Notes: generated by a model from the sequence alone, not told the origin. Shown: positions 19,147 through 31,147, counted from the stretch's first letter. The stretch: 32,000 nucleotides of DNA from an uncultured Opitutales bacterium (GCA_934613415.1 CAKTSY010000002.1:90001-122000); one strand, 5' to 3'. Program-made: numbers and translations.

Positions 19147-19207
19147 TCGGCCAATGCGACAATAAGATATAAAAAGAGCCTTTCCGTTTTTTTGGAAAGG
19201 CTTTTTT
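19069..19207 (+). repeat. PEP-CTERM 3' module, copy 2 (coding tail plus terminator)
   Basis: See copy 1 at 16435..16570. Confidence 0.75.
19177..19207 (+). terminator. intrinsic terminator
   Basis: AGCCTTTCC pairs with GGAAAGGCT and is followed by T6. Confidence 0.75.
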
Positions 19208-19384
19208 GTATATTTTGCGCACGGTTTAAAATAAAATTGAAATATGAAAATTCTTATGCATAGTATGTTGCAGTAATAGAAAGAATCTTGCAAAAGTTTG
19301 CATAAAAACTTTGCCCTTAATGGGCTTTTAGATAAGTACTAAACAAAACGGCGTTTGCCTTAAACTGTAAAAACCTAAAAAACA

Positions 19385-21169
19385 ATGTCGCAGATTAACG
19401 AAAATCAGGAAGCCGAGGGGTGCTTGGGTTGGTTGATAATATTTGCGGTGGTTTTTATTTTGGGTCTTTCGTTCGCAATATCGCCAATATTCGGCACTGT
19501 TGTGGTGGTAATAGGCATTACGGCAATTATTGCATATATTGCAAATGTGCAGCCCCAAGCCAGCGGCGCGCAAACGCCCGAAACGCTGCAGGCGGCATGC
19601 TCAATAAAAGGCTGCTCTTTGCCAAAAGACTATTACAACGATTTAAGCGCACAAGTTTTGGAGATTTCGCACTTTGCCGAGAAACTTGGAAACGACATTA
19701 AATTTTTGGAGTATACCGATAATTTAAGCAATGTTCAAATTTCGGTTAACGGCTTAAAATTGGGCAATCTAGACCCCGATTCGTTTGCCGGAAAAGTGAA
19801 AATGCTGATTTTAATTGACGCTGCAAGAAGCCTTATAAATTCGGGGCACAAACTGAACTTAAATACGCGCGAAGGAGCGGGGCTTTTGCTTATGCTGTGC
19901 AATTTTATGGGCAAAGACGCTTTGTACGAGCAGTTCGACAATTGTTGTAGCCGCTTGGCGTGTCCTGCCGAAAATATGCTTCGTCAGCTTCTTAAAATAC
20001 CCGAACCTAAAGAATGCTTCCTTCTTGGCAAATTGATGGGCAACTACAATTTAGACAACAAATTTCAATATCATATATTGCTATACAGATACACTTCTTT
20101 AATTGCTAAAAGCGACGGCGTTGTTTCCGACAAGGAAAGCAAGTGGCTGGATAAAATAATGGGTTTAGGGCAGACAAAAAAGCGCGAAGAAACCCCCGAA
20201 ATTTGCGAAGAAAACAATCCCAAAAAAGTTTGCTCTATGCAAGATTTTGAAGCTTTGCTAAAAGACGGAATTGTAAGGGCGGTAAAAGATGCCCAAAAAG
20301 AGTGTAATTTAAAAGAGGCAAAAAATAATTTGTCGCCCAAGTTCCCAAATGGCTGCAACAAAGCAAGCCCTATGGAAGAGCTAAATGCTTTGGTGGGGTT
20401 GTCGAACGTTAAAAGCGAAATAGCCAAATTGGCAAATTTAATAAAGATTCAGCAATACAGAAAAAAGAACGGGCTTAGGGTTTCGGTGCCGTCGTACCAT
20501 TGCGTGTTTACGGGCAACCCCGGAACCGGCAAAACAACCGTTGCAAGAATTGTTGCCGAAATTTACCGCGAGCTTGGCATATTGGAAAAGGGGCATTTAA
20601 TTGAAACCGACCGCTCGGGCTTGGTTGCAGAATATGTTGGGCAAACGGCGGTAAAGACAAACGAAATAATAGACGAAGCTTTAGACGGCGTGCTGTTCAT
20701 AGATGAAGCGTATACTTTGTTTAACAACAGCCGCGAAGATTTTGGACACGAAGCCATTGCAACCCTTCTAAAAAGAATGGAAGATGAAAAAGACCGTTTG
20801 GTTGTAATTTTGGCTGGCTATTCAAAGGAAATGCAAGAGGTTATAAATTCAAACCCCGGCTTGCGCTCGAGATTTAATAGATATATTGATTTCCCCGATT
20901 ACAGCGCGCAGGAGTTGCTAGATGTATTTAAACTTAGCGCAAAGAAATTTGATTATATGCTAGAACCTGCCGCAGAAGAAGCCCTGCTAAACCTGTTTTC
21001 GAATGCGGTTGCACATAAAACTCAGGGTTTTGGCAACGGCCGCTTTGCAAGAAATGTTTTCGACAAAACAATAGAGTTGCAGTCTACAAGACTGTCTCAA
21101 CAAGGAATGCTAACCGTAAGCAAATTGGCAATGATTTTGCCTGAAGACATTCCCGCGTATTCTGCATAA
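19385..21169 (+). CDS. membrane-anchored AAA+ ATPase, CbxX/SpoVK-type, with a TerB-like middle region
   Basis: Two N-terminal TM helices (aa about 13-53). The motif SLIAKSDGVVSDKESKWLDKI is TerB-like. Walker A is GNPGTGKTT (20513-20539) and Walker B is VLFIDEAY (20690-20713). The layout ...LVVILAGY...NPGLRSRF is typical of the CbxX/SpoVK clade. Confidence 0.85.
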   Translation: MSQINENQEAEGCLGWLIIFAVVFILGLSFAISPIFGTVVVVIGITAIIAYIANVQPQASGAQTPETLQAACSIKGCSLPKDYYNDLSAQVLEISHFAEKLGNDIKFLEYTDNLSNVQISVNGLKLGNLDPDSFAGKVKMLILIDAARSLINSGHKLNLNTREGAGLLLMLCNFMGKDALYEQFDNCCSRLACPAENMLRQLLKIPEPKECFLLGKLMGNYNLDNKFQYHILLYRYTSLIAKSDGVVSDKESKWLDKIMGLGQTKKREETPEICEENNPKKVCSMQDFEALLKDGIVRAVKDAQKECNLKEAKNNLSPKFPNGCNKASPMEELNALVGLSNVKSEIAKLANLIKIQQYRKKNGLRVSVPSYHCVFTGNPGTGKTTVARIVAEIYRELGILEKGHLIETDRSGLVAEYVGQTAVKTNEIIDEALDGVLFIDEAYTLFNNSREDFGHEAIATLLKRMEDEKDRLVVILAGYSKEMQEVINSNPGLRSRFNRYIDFPDYSAQELLDVFKLSAKKFDYMLEPAAEEALLNLFSNAVAHKTQGFGNGRFARNVFDKTIELQSTRLSQQGMLTVSKLAMILPEDIPAYSA

Positions 21170-21339
21170 TTTTTTGCCGCTTGACAAAGCGTGGTGCGCA
21201 ATATTGCATACCGCATAGAATTTTTATGAGCGCAAAACAAAGAAACAAAAAGGCGGTAATTGTGCTTAGGTCTAGAATTCCGTTTCCGCCAACAAAGGTA
21301 TTCAAAGACAGAAAAAAAGAAGCACTAAAAAAAGCATGT

Positions 21340-21372
21340 AGGGGAAGGCAAACAAAGTCTTCCTCTTTTTTT
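21340..21372 (+). terminator. terminator-like hairpin inside an ORF-free spacer
   Basis: AGGGGAAG pairs with CTTCCTCT (8 bp, one G-U pair, 11-nt loop) and runs into T7. It lies 170 nt after the AAA+ stop. Confidence 0.5.
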
Positions 21373-21475
21373 GCGCTTGGTTTTGCCGAATTTAAAAAAG
21401 TTCTCGCGCTAAAAAACGTTTTTTTGCAACATTTGTCGGACACCCACAATAGAGCAAGCCGAAAAAAGGAACACA

Positions 21476-21949
21476 ATGCAAGGCAGAATGTTGAATCATC
21501 AAATGGCGTCAAAAGATATTGAAAGCCTTTTAGCGCGCGCAAAAACGGGAACATTGGCGACAATAAATGCAGACGGAACTCCCTATATTACTCCCATTCA
21601 CTTTGTGCGCAAAGACGGCGCGGTTTATTTTCACGGTTTGCCGGCAGGTCAAAAAATTTCGAATTTAAAAGCCAACCAAAACGTGTGCTTTAATGTTTAC
21701 GAAATGGACAAGCTTTTGTTTGACCCTAATGAAAATCCCTGTGATACCAACACAAAGTACGAAAGCATAACAATTCAAGGCAAAGTAAATTTCGTTCAAG
21801 AGCTAGATAAAAAGCGTGAAATTCTTTCTGCAATAGTAGGCAAATATACTCCGCAGCTTTTAGGCCGCGAATTCCCGCCAAATATGCTAAAAGGCACAGC
21901 AGTTTTAGAACTTGTACCCCACCAAATAACCGGCAAATATTTTTGCTAG
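21476..21949 (+). CDS. pyridoxamine 5'-phosphate oxidase family protein (Nim-like flavin-dependent reductase fold)
   Basis: ...AKTGTLATINADGTPYITPIHFVRKDGAVYFHG...KISNLKANQNVCF... is the typical PNPOx-2/Nim N-terminal pattern. An AAGGA SD lies 5 nt before ATG 21476. Confidence 0.8.
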   Translation: MQGRMLNHQMASKDIESLLARAKTGTLATINADGTPYITPIHFVRKDGAVYFHGLPAGQKISNLKANQNVCFNVYEMDKLLFDPNENPCDTNTKYESITIQGKVNFVQELDKKREILSAIVGKYTPQLLGREFPPNMLKGTAVLELVPHQITGKYFC

Positions 21950-22130
21950 TTTTGGTAAGTAGTTTTTGATGCAGACGAATTTTATAGAAGTAGCCGTAAA
22001 ATGACTGCTTCTTGTAAAAGTACACATTAGTTGTATAAGCATGTGCTTGATATAAATGCTGTTGTGTAAAACTTCCTACAATTTAAAACTCAATTTTTAA
22101 TTGTAGGTAAAAAACAACAGTCTCTAAAAA

Positions 22131-22316
22131 TTGTCCTGCAAAACCTATCATATTGAGTTTAAGAAGGCCGCCACTGTCTCAAAGTCGGACGTGAAACACT
22201 TCGACAAACTCGCCGACTTTAAAACCCCAGTCGGCACAGGCGCCCTAGTGAGCCTCTACTCCGACTCAAACCTAATAAAAGACACCGTAAAAACAATCCC
22301 AGTCTTTACGCTGTAA
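22131..22316 (+). pseudogene. probable C-terminal remnant of a DUF4143/AAA_14-type ATPase gene
   Basis: The 61-codon frame begins at TTG with no upstream body. ...YHIEFKKAATVSKSDVKHFDKL...GALVSLYSD...IPVFTL resembles the C-terminal nuclease-like end of DUF4143 ATPases. By eye, codon choice is C-ending and CpG-poor, unlike the neighbouring genes. Confidence 0.4.
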
Positions 22317-22485
22317 GAAAAAATCTTGCAAGCATCTCAACCCAAATGCCCGAAAAATTGAATTATTTAGGGATTCAAATCCTTAAAATATGGAGTGCTT
22401 TTTTGTAAAATCTATGCAAGATAATTATTAAACAATATCAAAGCATTGCATCTTTGGTTTATCGCATTCCTTTTGCACAATGCTC

Positions 22486-22529
22486 CGAAAAACAAAAAGC
22501 CCGCATCGATTTTATCTTGAAGCGGGCTT
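22486..22529 (-). terminator. intrinsic terminator downstream of tRNA-Gly
   Basis: On the minus strand AGCCCGC pairs with GCGGGCT and is followed by TTTTTGTTTTT. Confidence 0.55.
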
Positions 22530-22551
22530 AGGGATTTTAATTTTTTTAAAG

Positions 22552-22627
22552 TGGAGCGGGCGGTGGGGGTCGAACCCATAACCTCAAGCTTGGGAAGCTC
22601 GCGCTCTGCCAATTGAGCTACGCCCGC
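22552..22627 (-). tRNA. tRNA-Gly (anticodon CCC), CCA encoded
   Basis: Hand-folded 76-nt cloverleaf: GCGGGCG-TA-GCTC-AATTGGCA-GAGC-G-CGAGC-TTCCCAA-GCTTG-AGGTT-ATGGG-TTCGACC-CCCAC-CGCCCGC-T-CCA. The anticodon is at 22592-22594. U73 is typical of bacterial tRNA-Gly. There is one A-C mismatch at the base of the T stem. Confidence 0.9.
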
Positions 22628-22782
22628 ACAGATTTTCGCTATATACCACACCTTTTTGCGCGCTTAGTAAAGTTTAAAATATTATTTTGCCGAATTTTTT
22701 TTCGGCTAAGTTTTTCTCAAAAAGCCCGCTTGCGTTTTTTATATTGAGAAAAAAGCAAAGCTATGCTCTCATAAGCACAAGT

Positions 22783-27295
<4,513 letters not shown>

Positions 27296-27298
<3 letters not shown>

Positions 27299-27318
27299 GC
27301 TTTTTGCAAAAGGCCGCC
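27296..27318. repeat. direct repeat, left copy (TAAGC + TTTTTGCAAAAGGCCGCC), starts at the thiC stop codon
   Basis: The same 18-mer recurs at 28056-28073. The TAAGC recurs at 28045-28049. Confidence 0.85.
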
Positions 27319-27338
27319 AACACTTAAGGCGCATAATT

Positions 27339-27367
27339 GAGATTGCATTTTTGCAATCTCTTTTTTT
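27339..27367 (+). terminator. intrinsic terminator after thiC
   Basis: GAGATTGCA pairs with TGCAATCTC (9 bp perfect) and is followed by T7. Confidence 0.75.
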
Positions 27368-27377
27368 CGACAAGTGC

Positions 27378-27425
27378 TTGACAGCGCTGTATCTTTTTTG
27401 ATACATATTTTGCAACAAAAATATG
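27378..27425 (+). promoter_or_regulatory. candidate TA promoter with two palindromic operators
   Basis: TTGACA lies at 27378-27383 and a weak -10 (TACATA) about 18 nt downstream. The 10-bp palindrome ACAGCGCTGT (27381-27390) overlaps the -35. The inverted repeat CATATTTT-N6-AAAATATG (27404-27425) ends on the toxin ATG. Confidence 0.45.
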
Positions 27426-27773
27426 AAAAGGAGCGAACGCATAGAAGTTTTCTTTTATTGCACTGCAACAGGGAAAGAACCTGTGCGCGAATTCCTGCAG
27501 GCACTTTCAACAGAAGAAAAGAAAATTATCGGTACCGATATAAAGGTTGTTCAGTGGCGGTGGCCTACGGGAGAACCGCTAGTGAAAAAATTGAACGCTT
27601 CCATCTACGAGATTCGTTCCAATCTTAAAAATAGAATTGCCAGAATTTTATTTTCGCAAGTTTCGGATAAGCTTATTTTATTGCATTCTTTTATAAAAAA
27701 GACGCAAAAAACAGACGAAAAAGATATAAAACTGGCGATAAAAAGGTTAAAGGAGGTATTAAATGAAAAATAA
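27423..27773 (+). CDS. type II toxin, phage Gp49-like / HigB-RelE superfamily
   Basis: 116 aa. ...EPVREFLQALSTEEKKIIGTDIKVV...LKNRIARILFSQVSDKLILLHSFIKKTQKT... is the classic Gp49 (PF05973) pattern. It overlaps the next gene by 11 nt. Confidence 0.85.
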   Translation: MKRSERIEVFFYCTATGKEPVREFLQALSTEEKKIIGTDIKVVQWRWPTGEPLVKKLNASIYEIRSNLKNRIARILFSQVSDKLILLHSFIKKTQKTDEKDIKLAIKRLKEVLNEK

Positions 27774-28047
27774 CAAACACATAGGGTCGTCTTTCGACAG
27801 TTTTCTTGACGAAAACAAAATCCGTTCCGACGTTGAGGAATTGGCTTCCTGCAAATTTTTGGCATTGAAGCTTTCGGAGGAATTGGAATTGAAGGGTATG
27901 TCTATTTCGGAATTTGCCCGAAAAATGGGGTCTACAAGAGCCGTAGCAAGTAGAATTTTAAATCCGAAAAACACAAGCCTTACGTTTAAAACCGCAACAA
28001 AAGCGGCAAACGCGCTTGGAATGAAATTTAAAGTTCAGCTTGTGTAA
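27763..28047 (+). CDS. XRE-family HTH antitoxin (HigA-like)
   Basis: 94 aa with the HTH segment GMSISEFARKMGSTRAVASRIL. Positioned downstream of the toxin, as in HigBA-type modules. Confidence 0.8.
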   Translation: MKNNKHIGSSFDSFLDENKIRSDVEELASCKFLALKLSEELELKGMSISEFARKMGSTRAVASRILNPKNTSLTFKTATKAANALGMKFKVQLV

Positions 28048-28073
28048 GCCGGTTTTTTTTGCAAAAGGCCGCC
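28045..28073. repeat. direct repeat, right copy (TAAGC-cggttt-TTTTTGCAAAAGGCCGCC), starts at the antitoxin stop codon
   Basis: See the left copy. This copy supplies the 5' arm of the terminator at 28064. Confidence 0.85.
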
Positions 28074-28095
28074 TGTTTGGAGCGGCCTTTTTGTT
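28064..28095. terminator. intrinsic terminator between convergent genes
   Basis: AAAGGCCGC pairs with GCGGCCTTT and is followed by TTGTTT. An A-rich run lies on the other side. Confidence 0.7.
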
Positions 28096-28111
28096 TGCGG
28101 GTTTTGCTTGG

Positions 28112-28960
28112 CTACGGTCTTTCGGGTACAAGCTTTAAAACGGCAATTTCGGGCTTGTAGGGAATGCGCGCAAAAATAAGCGCGCTGCCCGAGCCGTTTG
28201 TAACGAACATTTTTTTGCCGCGTTCTTCGAATATGCCCAATGCGTACTTGTTGCCGTATTTAGAGGGAACTAGCAAGGCTCCGTAAAAGGGAACGACAAT
28301 TTGCCCGCCGTGGGTATGTCCGGCCAGCATAAGCGAAAAGTCTTTGGGGCATTCTGGAAACGCGTCGGGCGAATGTGAAAGCACTATAATTGGCGTGTCT
28401 TTGGGGTAGTTTTTTATATCCCTAAAAGACGCCGTGTAGTTTATGTAGCGCGTGGAATAGTCGGCCAGGCCCACAAGCGCAAAAGCGCCTTTGTCGGTTT
28501 CGATTAAAACGCTTTCGTTTTCCAAAAACTTTATGCGGCTGTCTTTAAAACTTTCTCTAAGTTTAAGCATGCCCATTTGCCAGTCGTGGTTGCCGTATAC
28601 GCCGTAAACTCCGTATTTTGCCCTTATCTTTGCAAATTCGGCGGCAACTTCGGCCTGGGTTATAAATGGCGACGTAAAATTGCGCATAATGTCGCCGCCG
28701 TAAAAAACAATGTCGGGCTTTTGCTCGTTTATTGTGCGAACAATTCTCTTTAGCTTATTTAAAGTGCCGAAAAATCCGTCGGTATGGTTGTCTGCAAAAA
28801 ATACAATTTTTAAACCGCCTAAATTATCGTTCCAGTTCTTTACGCTAATTTCGTATTTGTTTACAACAAGACAGTTTGGAATGTATAGTGTGGAAATGCC
28901 GGCAACCGCCGCAATGCACAAAATTGCCGCATATTTTATGTATCTAAGAAATTTGTCCAT
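28112..28960 (-). CDS. membrane-anchored metallophosphoesterase (YkuE/YaeI-like)
   Basis: The calcineurin-like motifs FFADNHTD, GGDI, GNHD and GHTHGG are present, with one N-terminal TM helix. ATG 28960 is preferred over the TTG at 28996. Confidence 0.85.
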   Translation of the reverse strand: MDKFLRYIKYAAILCIAAVAGISTLYIPNCLVVNKYEISVKNWNDNLGGLKIVFFADNHTDGFFGTLNKLKRIVRTINEQKPDIVFYGGDIMRNFTSPFITQAEVAAEFAKIRAKYGVYGVYGNHDWQMGMLKLRESFKDSRIKFLENESVLIETDKGAFALVGLADYSTRYINYTASFRDIKNYPKDTPIIVLSHSPDAFPECPKDFSLMLAGHTHGGQIVVPFYGALLVPSKYGNKYALGIFEERGKKMFVTNGSGSALIFARIPYKPEIAVLKLVPERP

Positions 28961-29005
28961 TTTTTTCCTTGAAAAACCTTTCCCATAAAACAACAATATT
29001 TGCCC

Positions 29006-30343
29006 ATGACAAGAGGAATATTTTTTACAACGTTTATATGTTTAATTTTTCAGTGCGCGTTCGCCGGCGGCGTATACGATATTAGAGATTTTGGGGCAAA
29101 GCCAGAAAGCGGTTTTTGCAACACAAAGCAGATAAACGCCGCCATAGAAAAATGCAGCAAAGACGGCGGCGGAACAGTTCTGGTAAAGGGCGGCGAATAT
29201 ACCACCGGAAGCGTTGTTTTAAAGGACAACGTTTCGCTTAAGATAGAAAAAGATGCCGTGTTAAAAGGTACTGCAAATTTGAACGACTACGTTTGCCACG
29301 ACGATTTCACGGGAAAAGCCCTTATCAGGGGTGGCAAGTGGACAAGGGGGCTTATTTTTGCCTCGTATGCAAAGAATATAGAAATTTGCGGCGAAGGCAC
29401 TATAGACGGCAGCCATGTTGAAGACCCCACTGGCGAAGAGCAAATGCGCGGTCCGCACGCAGTTTTCTTTGTAGAGTGCGAAGATATTACGGTTAAAGAT
29501 ATAAAAATTAAAAGGGCTTCGAACTACGCTTTGATGATGGTTGCAACCGAAAACGTTGTTGTAAAAAATATCGACATAAGGGAAGGCTGGGACGGCATAC
29601 ACGTTAGGGTATGCAAAAATCTTTTGGTGGAAAATTGCCAAGTGCGTTCGGGCGACGACGCTCTTGCAGGCGGCTATTGGGACAAGGCCATTGTAAGGAA
29701 TTGCTACCTAAATTCGGCGTGCAACGGCGTAAGGTTTATACTCCCCGTAAAGAATGTTTTAATGGAAAATTTGCAGCTTAAAGGCCCCGGCGAATACGCG
29801 CACAGAACTTCGTATAAATTCAACAAAAACGGGCGCAAAAATATGCTTTGCGGCCTTTCCATTCAGCCGGGGGCTTGGGGCTATTCGCCGGGCGAAGTTA
29901 AAAACGTAAAGATAAAAGACGTTGAAATCGACAATGTGGGTTGCCCCTTCTACATAGTTGCAAATTTTGACGTTGAAGTTGACGGCGTGCTGTTCGAAAA
30001 CATAAAGGCTACAAATTGTCGCTACATTCCCCTTTCGATTGCAACGTGGCGCAAAAGCACTTCCATAAAAGACGTTGCATTTAAAAACGTTTCGGTTGAA
30101 TATGTGGGAGACGCTCCCGACTATGCGGTAAAGGCGTCTACAAAGAAAGCTCCCCGTACGGAGATATACATTTTGCCCTATTGGGGTTTCTTTGCAAAGA
30201 ATGCTGAGGGCTTAAAGTTTGAAAATTTCGCAATAAGCTGCAAAAGCCCCGACAAACGCCCCGCGGTTGGGCTTGAAAATTCGTCTATTGAGGAGCTAAA
30301 AAACTTTACGATAAACGGCAAGGTTGTAAAAAATCTTAAGTAG
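29006..30343 (+). CDS. secreted right-handed beta-helix glycoside hydrolase, divergent GH28-like
   Basis: Signal peptide ...CAFA-GG, an N-terminal YDIRDFGAK...INAAIEKCSKDGGGTV module, and WDG and GDD motifs. The GH28 His and R-I-K positions are not recognisable. Confidence 0.75.
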   Translation: MTRGIFFTTFICLIFQCAFAGGVYDIRDFGAKPESGFCNTKQINAAIEKCSKDGGGTVLVKGGEYTTGSVVLKDNVSLKIEKDAVLKGTANLNDYVCHDDFTGKALIRGGKWTRGLIFASYAKNIEICGEGTIDGSHVEDPTGEEQMRGPHAVFFVECEDITVKDIKIKRASNYALMMVATENVVVKNIDIREGWDGIHVRVCKNLLVENCQVRSGDDALAGGYWDKAIVRNCYLNSACNGVRFILPVKNVLMENLQLKGPGEYAHRTSYKFNKNGRKNMLCGLSIQPGAWGYSPGEVKNVKIKDVEIDNVGCPFYIVANFDVEVDGVLFENIKATNCRYIPLSIATWRKSTSIKDVAFKNVSVEYVGDAPDYAVKASTKKAPRTEIYILPYWGFFAKNAEGLKFENFAISCKSPDKRPAVGLENSSIEELKNFTINGKVVKNLK

Positions 30344-30371
30344 CAAAAAGCCATTGTTTTGGCTAAAATCA

Positions 30372-30406
30372 AAAATCCGCCAAGCTATTTTGGCGGATTT
30401 TTTTTG
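30372..30406 (+). terminator. intrinsic terminator
   Basis: AAAATCCGCCAA pairs with TTGGCGGATTTT (12 bp) and is followed by a T-run. Confidence 0.8.
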
Positions 30407-30472
30407 TGCGAGTTCAGATTTTTTTGCAAATTCGCTTGACAAAAAAATAAATTCACCAAGAGTTTAAACCAA

Positions 30473-31147
30473 ATGGTTAAATCGGAAAAGGTAAATCTCC
30501 GCCGCAAGGTTGTTGGCGACAACGAAACTGTCGACAAAATCTTGTCGTGCGCGCTGCACGAATTTGCGCTGCACAGCATTCACGGGGTTTCTACCCGTCA
30601 GATTGCCAAAAAAGCGGGAGTAAACCATGCCTGCATAAACTACTATTTTGGCGGCAAGCACGAAATGTATGTTGAAATTTTGCGCAGGGCGGTTGAATTT
30701 TTTAACGAAAACTACCGCGTTCTTTTATCCGAAATAGACGCATATCTTAAAGGCGGCAAAAGCGACCGAAAAAAATCGGGCGAATACATAAAGGCTTTGC
30801 TTGCAAAGGGGCGCGAAACTATGGTGCTTGAAGGTTCCGAAAGCTTTCAATTGCTTATACGGCGAGAGGAAAGCTATCCTACCGACGCATTCCCCATTTT
30901 GTTCGACGGCGTTTTTAAGCCCCTAAACGAAACTATTGTAGCCCTGATTAGGGCCGACAACCCAGAAATATCGCACGAAAAGGCGTTGGCATTTTCGATT
31001 TCGCTTTTATCGCTAAACGTTTCGCAACTTTTGTGCAAAACGGGTTATTTAAAGCTGGCAAACAAAAATGCTTTCGACGATGGCATTCGCGCCGACTTTT
31101 CCGACATAGTAGACAAAACAATAGACAATTTTATAGGACAAAAATAA
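30473..31147 (+). CDS. TetR/AcrR family transcriptional regulator
   Basis: N-terminal HTH: ILSCALHEFALHSIHGVSTRQIAKKAGVNHACINYYFGGKHEMY. Confidence 0.9.
   Translation: MVKSEKVNLRRKVVGDNETVDKILSCALHEFALHSIHGVSTRQIAKKAGVNHACINYYFGGKHEMYVEILRRAVEFFNENYRVLLSEIDAYLKGGKSDRKKSGEYIKALLAKGRETMVLEGSESFQLLIRREESYPTDAFPILFDGVFKPLNETIVALIRADNPEISHEKALAFSISLLSLNVSQLLCKTGYLKLANKNAFDDGIRADFSDIVDKTIDNFIGQK

Noticed and set aside
21084-21563. ORFs 21084..21563 (-) and 21181..21522 (+) in the AAA+/PNPOx spacer
   Set aside because: One overlaps both flanking genes. The other starts at TTG, runs through a terminator hairpin and encodes a lysine/arginine-rich low-complexity product. The region is treated as non-coding.
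22364-22404. T-arm-like GGGATTCAAATCC hairpin followed by TGGAGTGC, resembling a tRNA 3' fragment or att copy
   Set aside because: No acceptor, D or anticodon arms can be built. The match to the real tRNA-Gly 3' end is only TGGAG plus 2 nt, which is within chance.
22640-22648. Extended -10-like TGGTATATA on the minus strand, 13 nt upstream of tRNA-Gly
   Set aside because: It is plausible as the tRNA promoter, but no -35 lies at a proper spacing, so it is not listed as a feature.
22412-22651. 79-aa ORF on the minus strand
   Set aside because: It is the translation of the tRNA-Gly gene and its terminator, not a CDS.
22493-22729. 12-nt direct repeat CAAAAAGCCCGC on both sides of tRNA-Gly (22493-22504 and 22718-22729)
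   Set aside because: About 30 chance 12-mer repeats are expected in a 32-kb window. One copy is simply the terminator stem. This is too weak to call an att pair.
30436-30480. TTGACA hexamer and imperfect dyad TTTAAACCA/TGGTTAAA around the TetR start codon
   Set aside because: No acceptable -10 lies at 16-19 nt. The dyad needs a 1-nt bulge. It may be the TetR operator, but I cannot support that from sequence alone.
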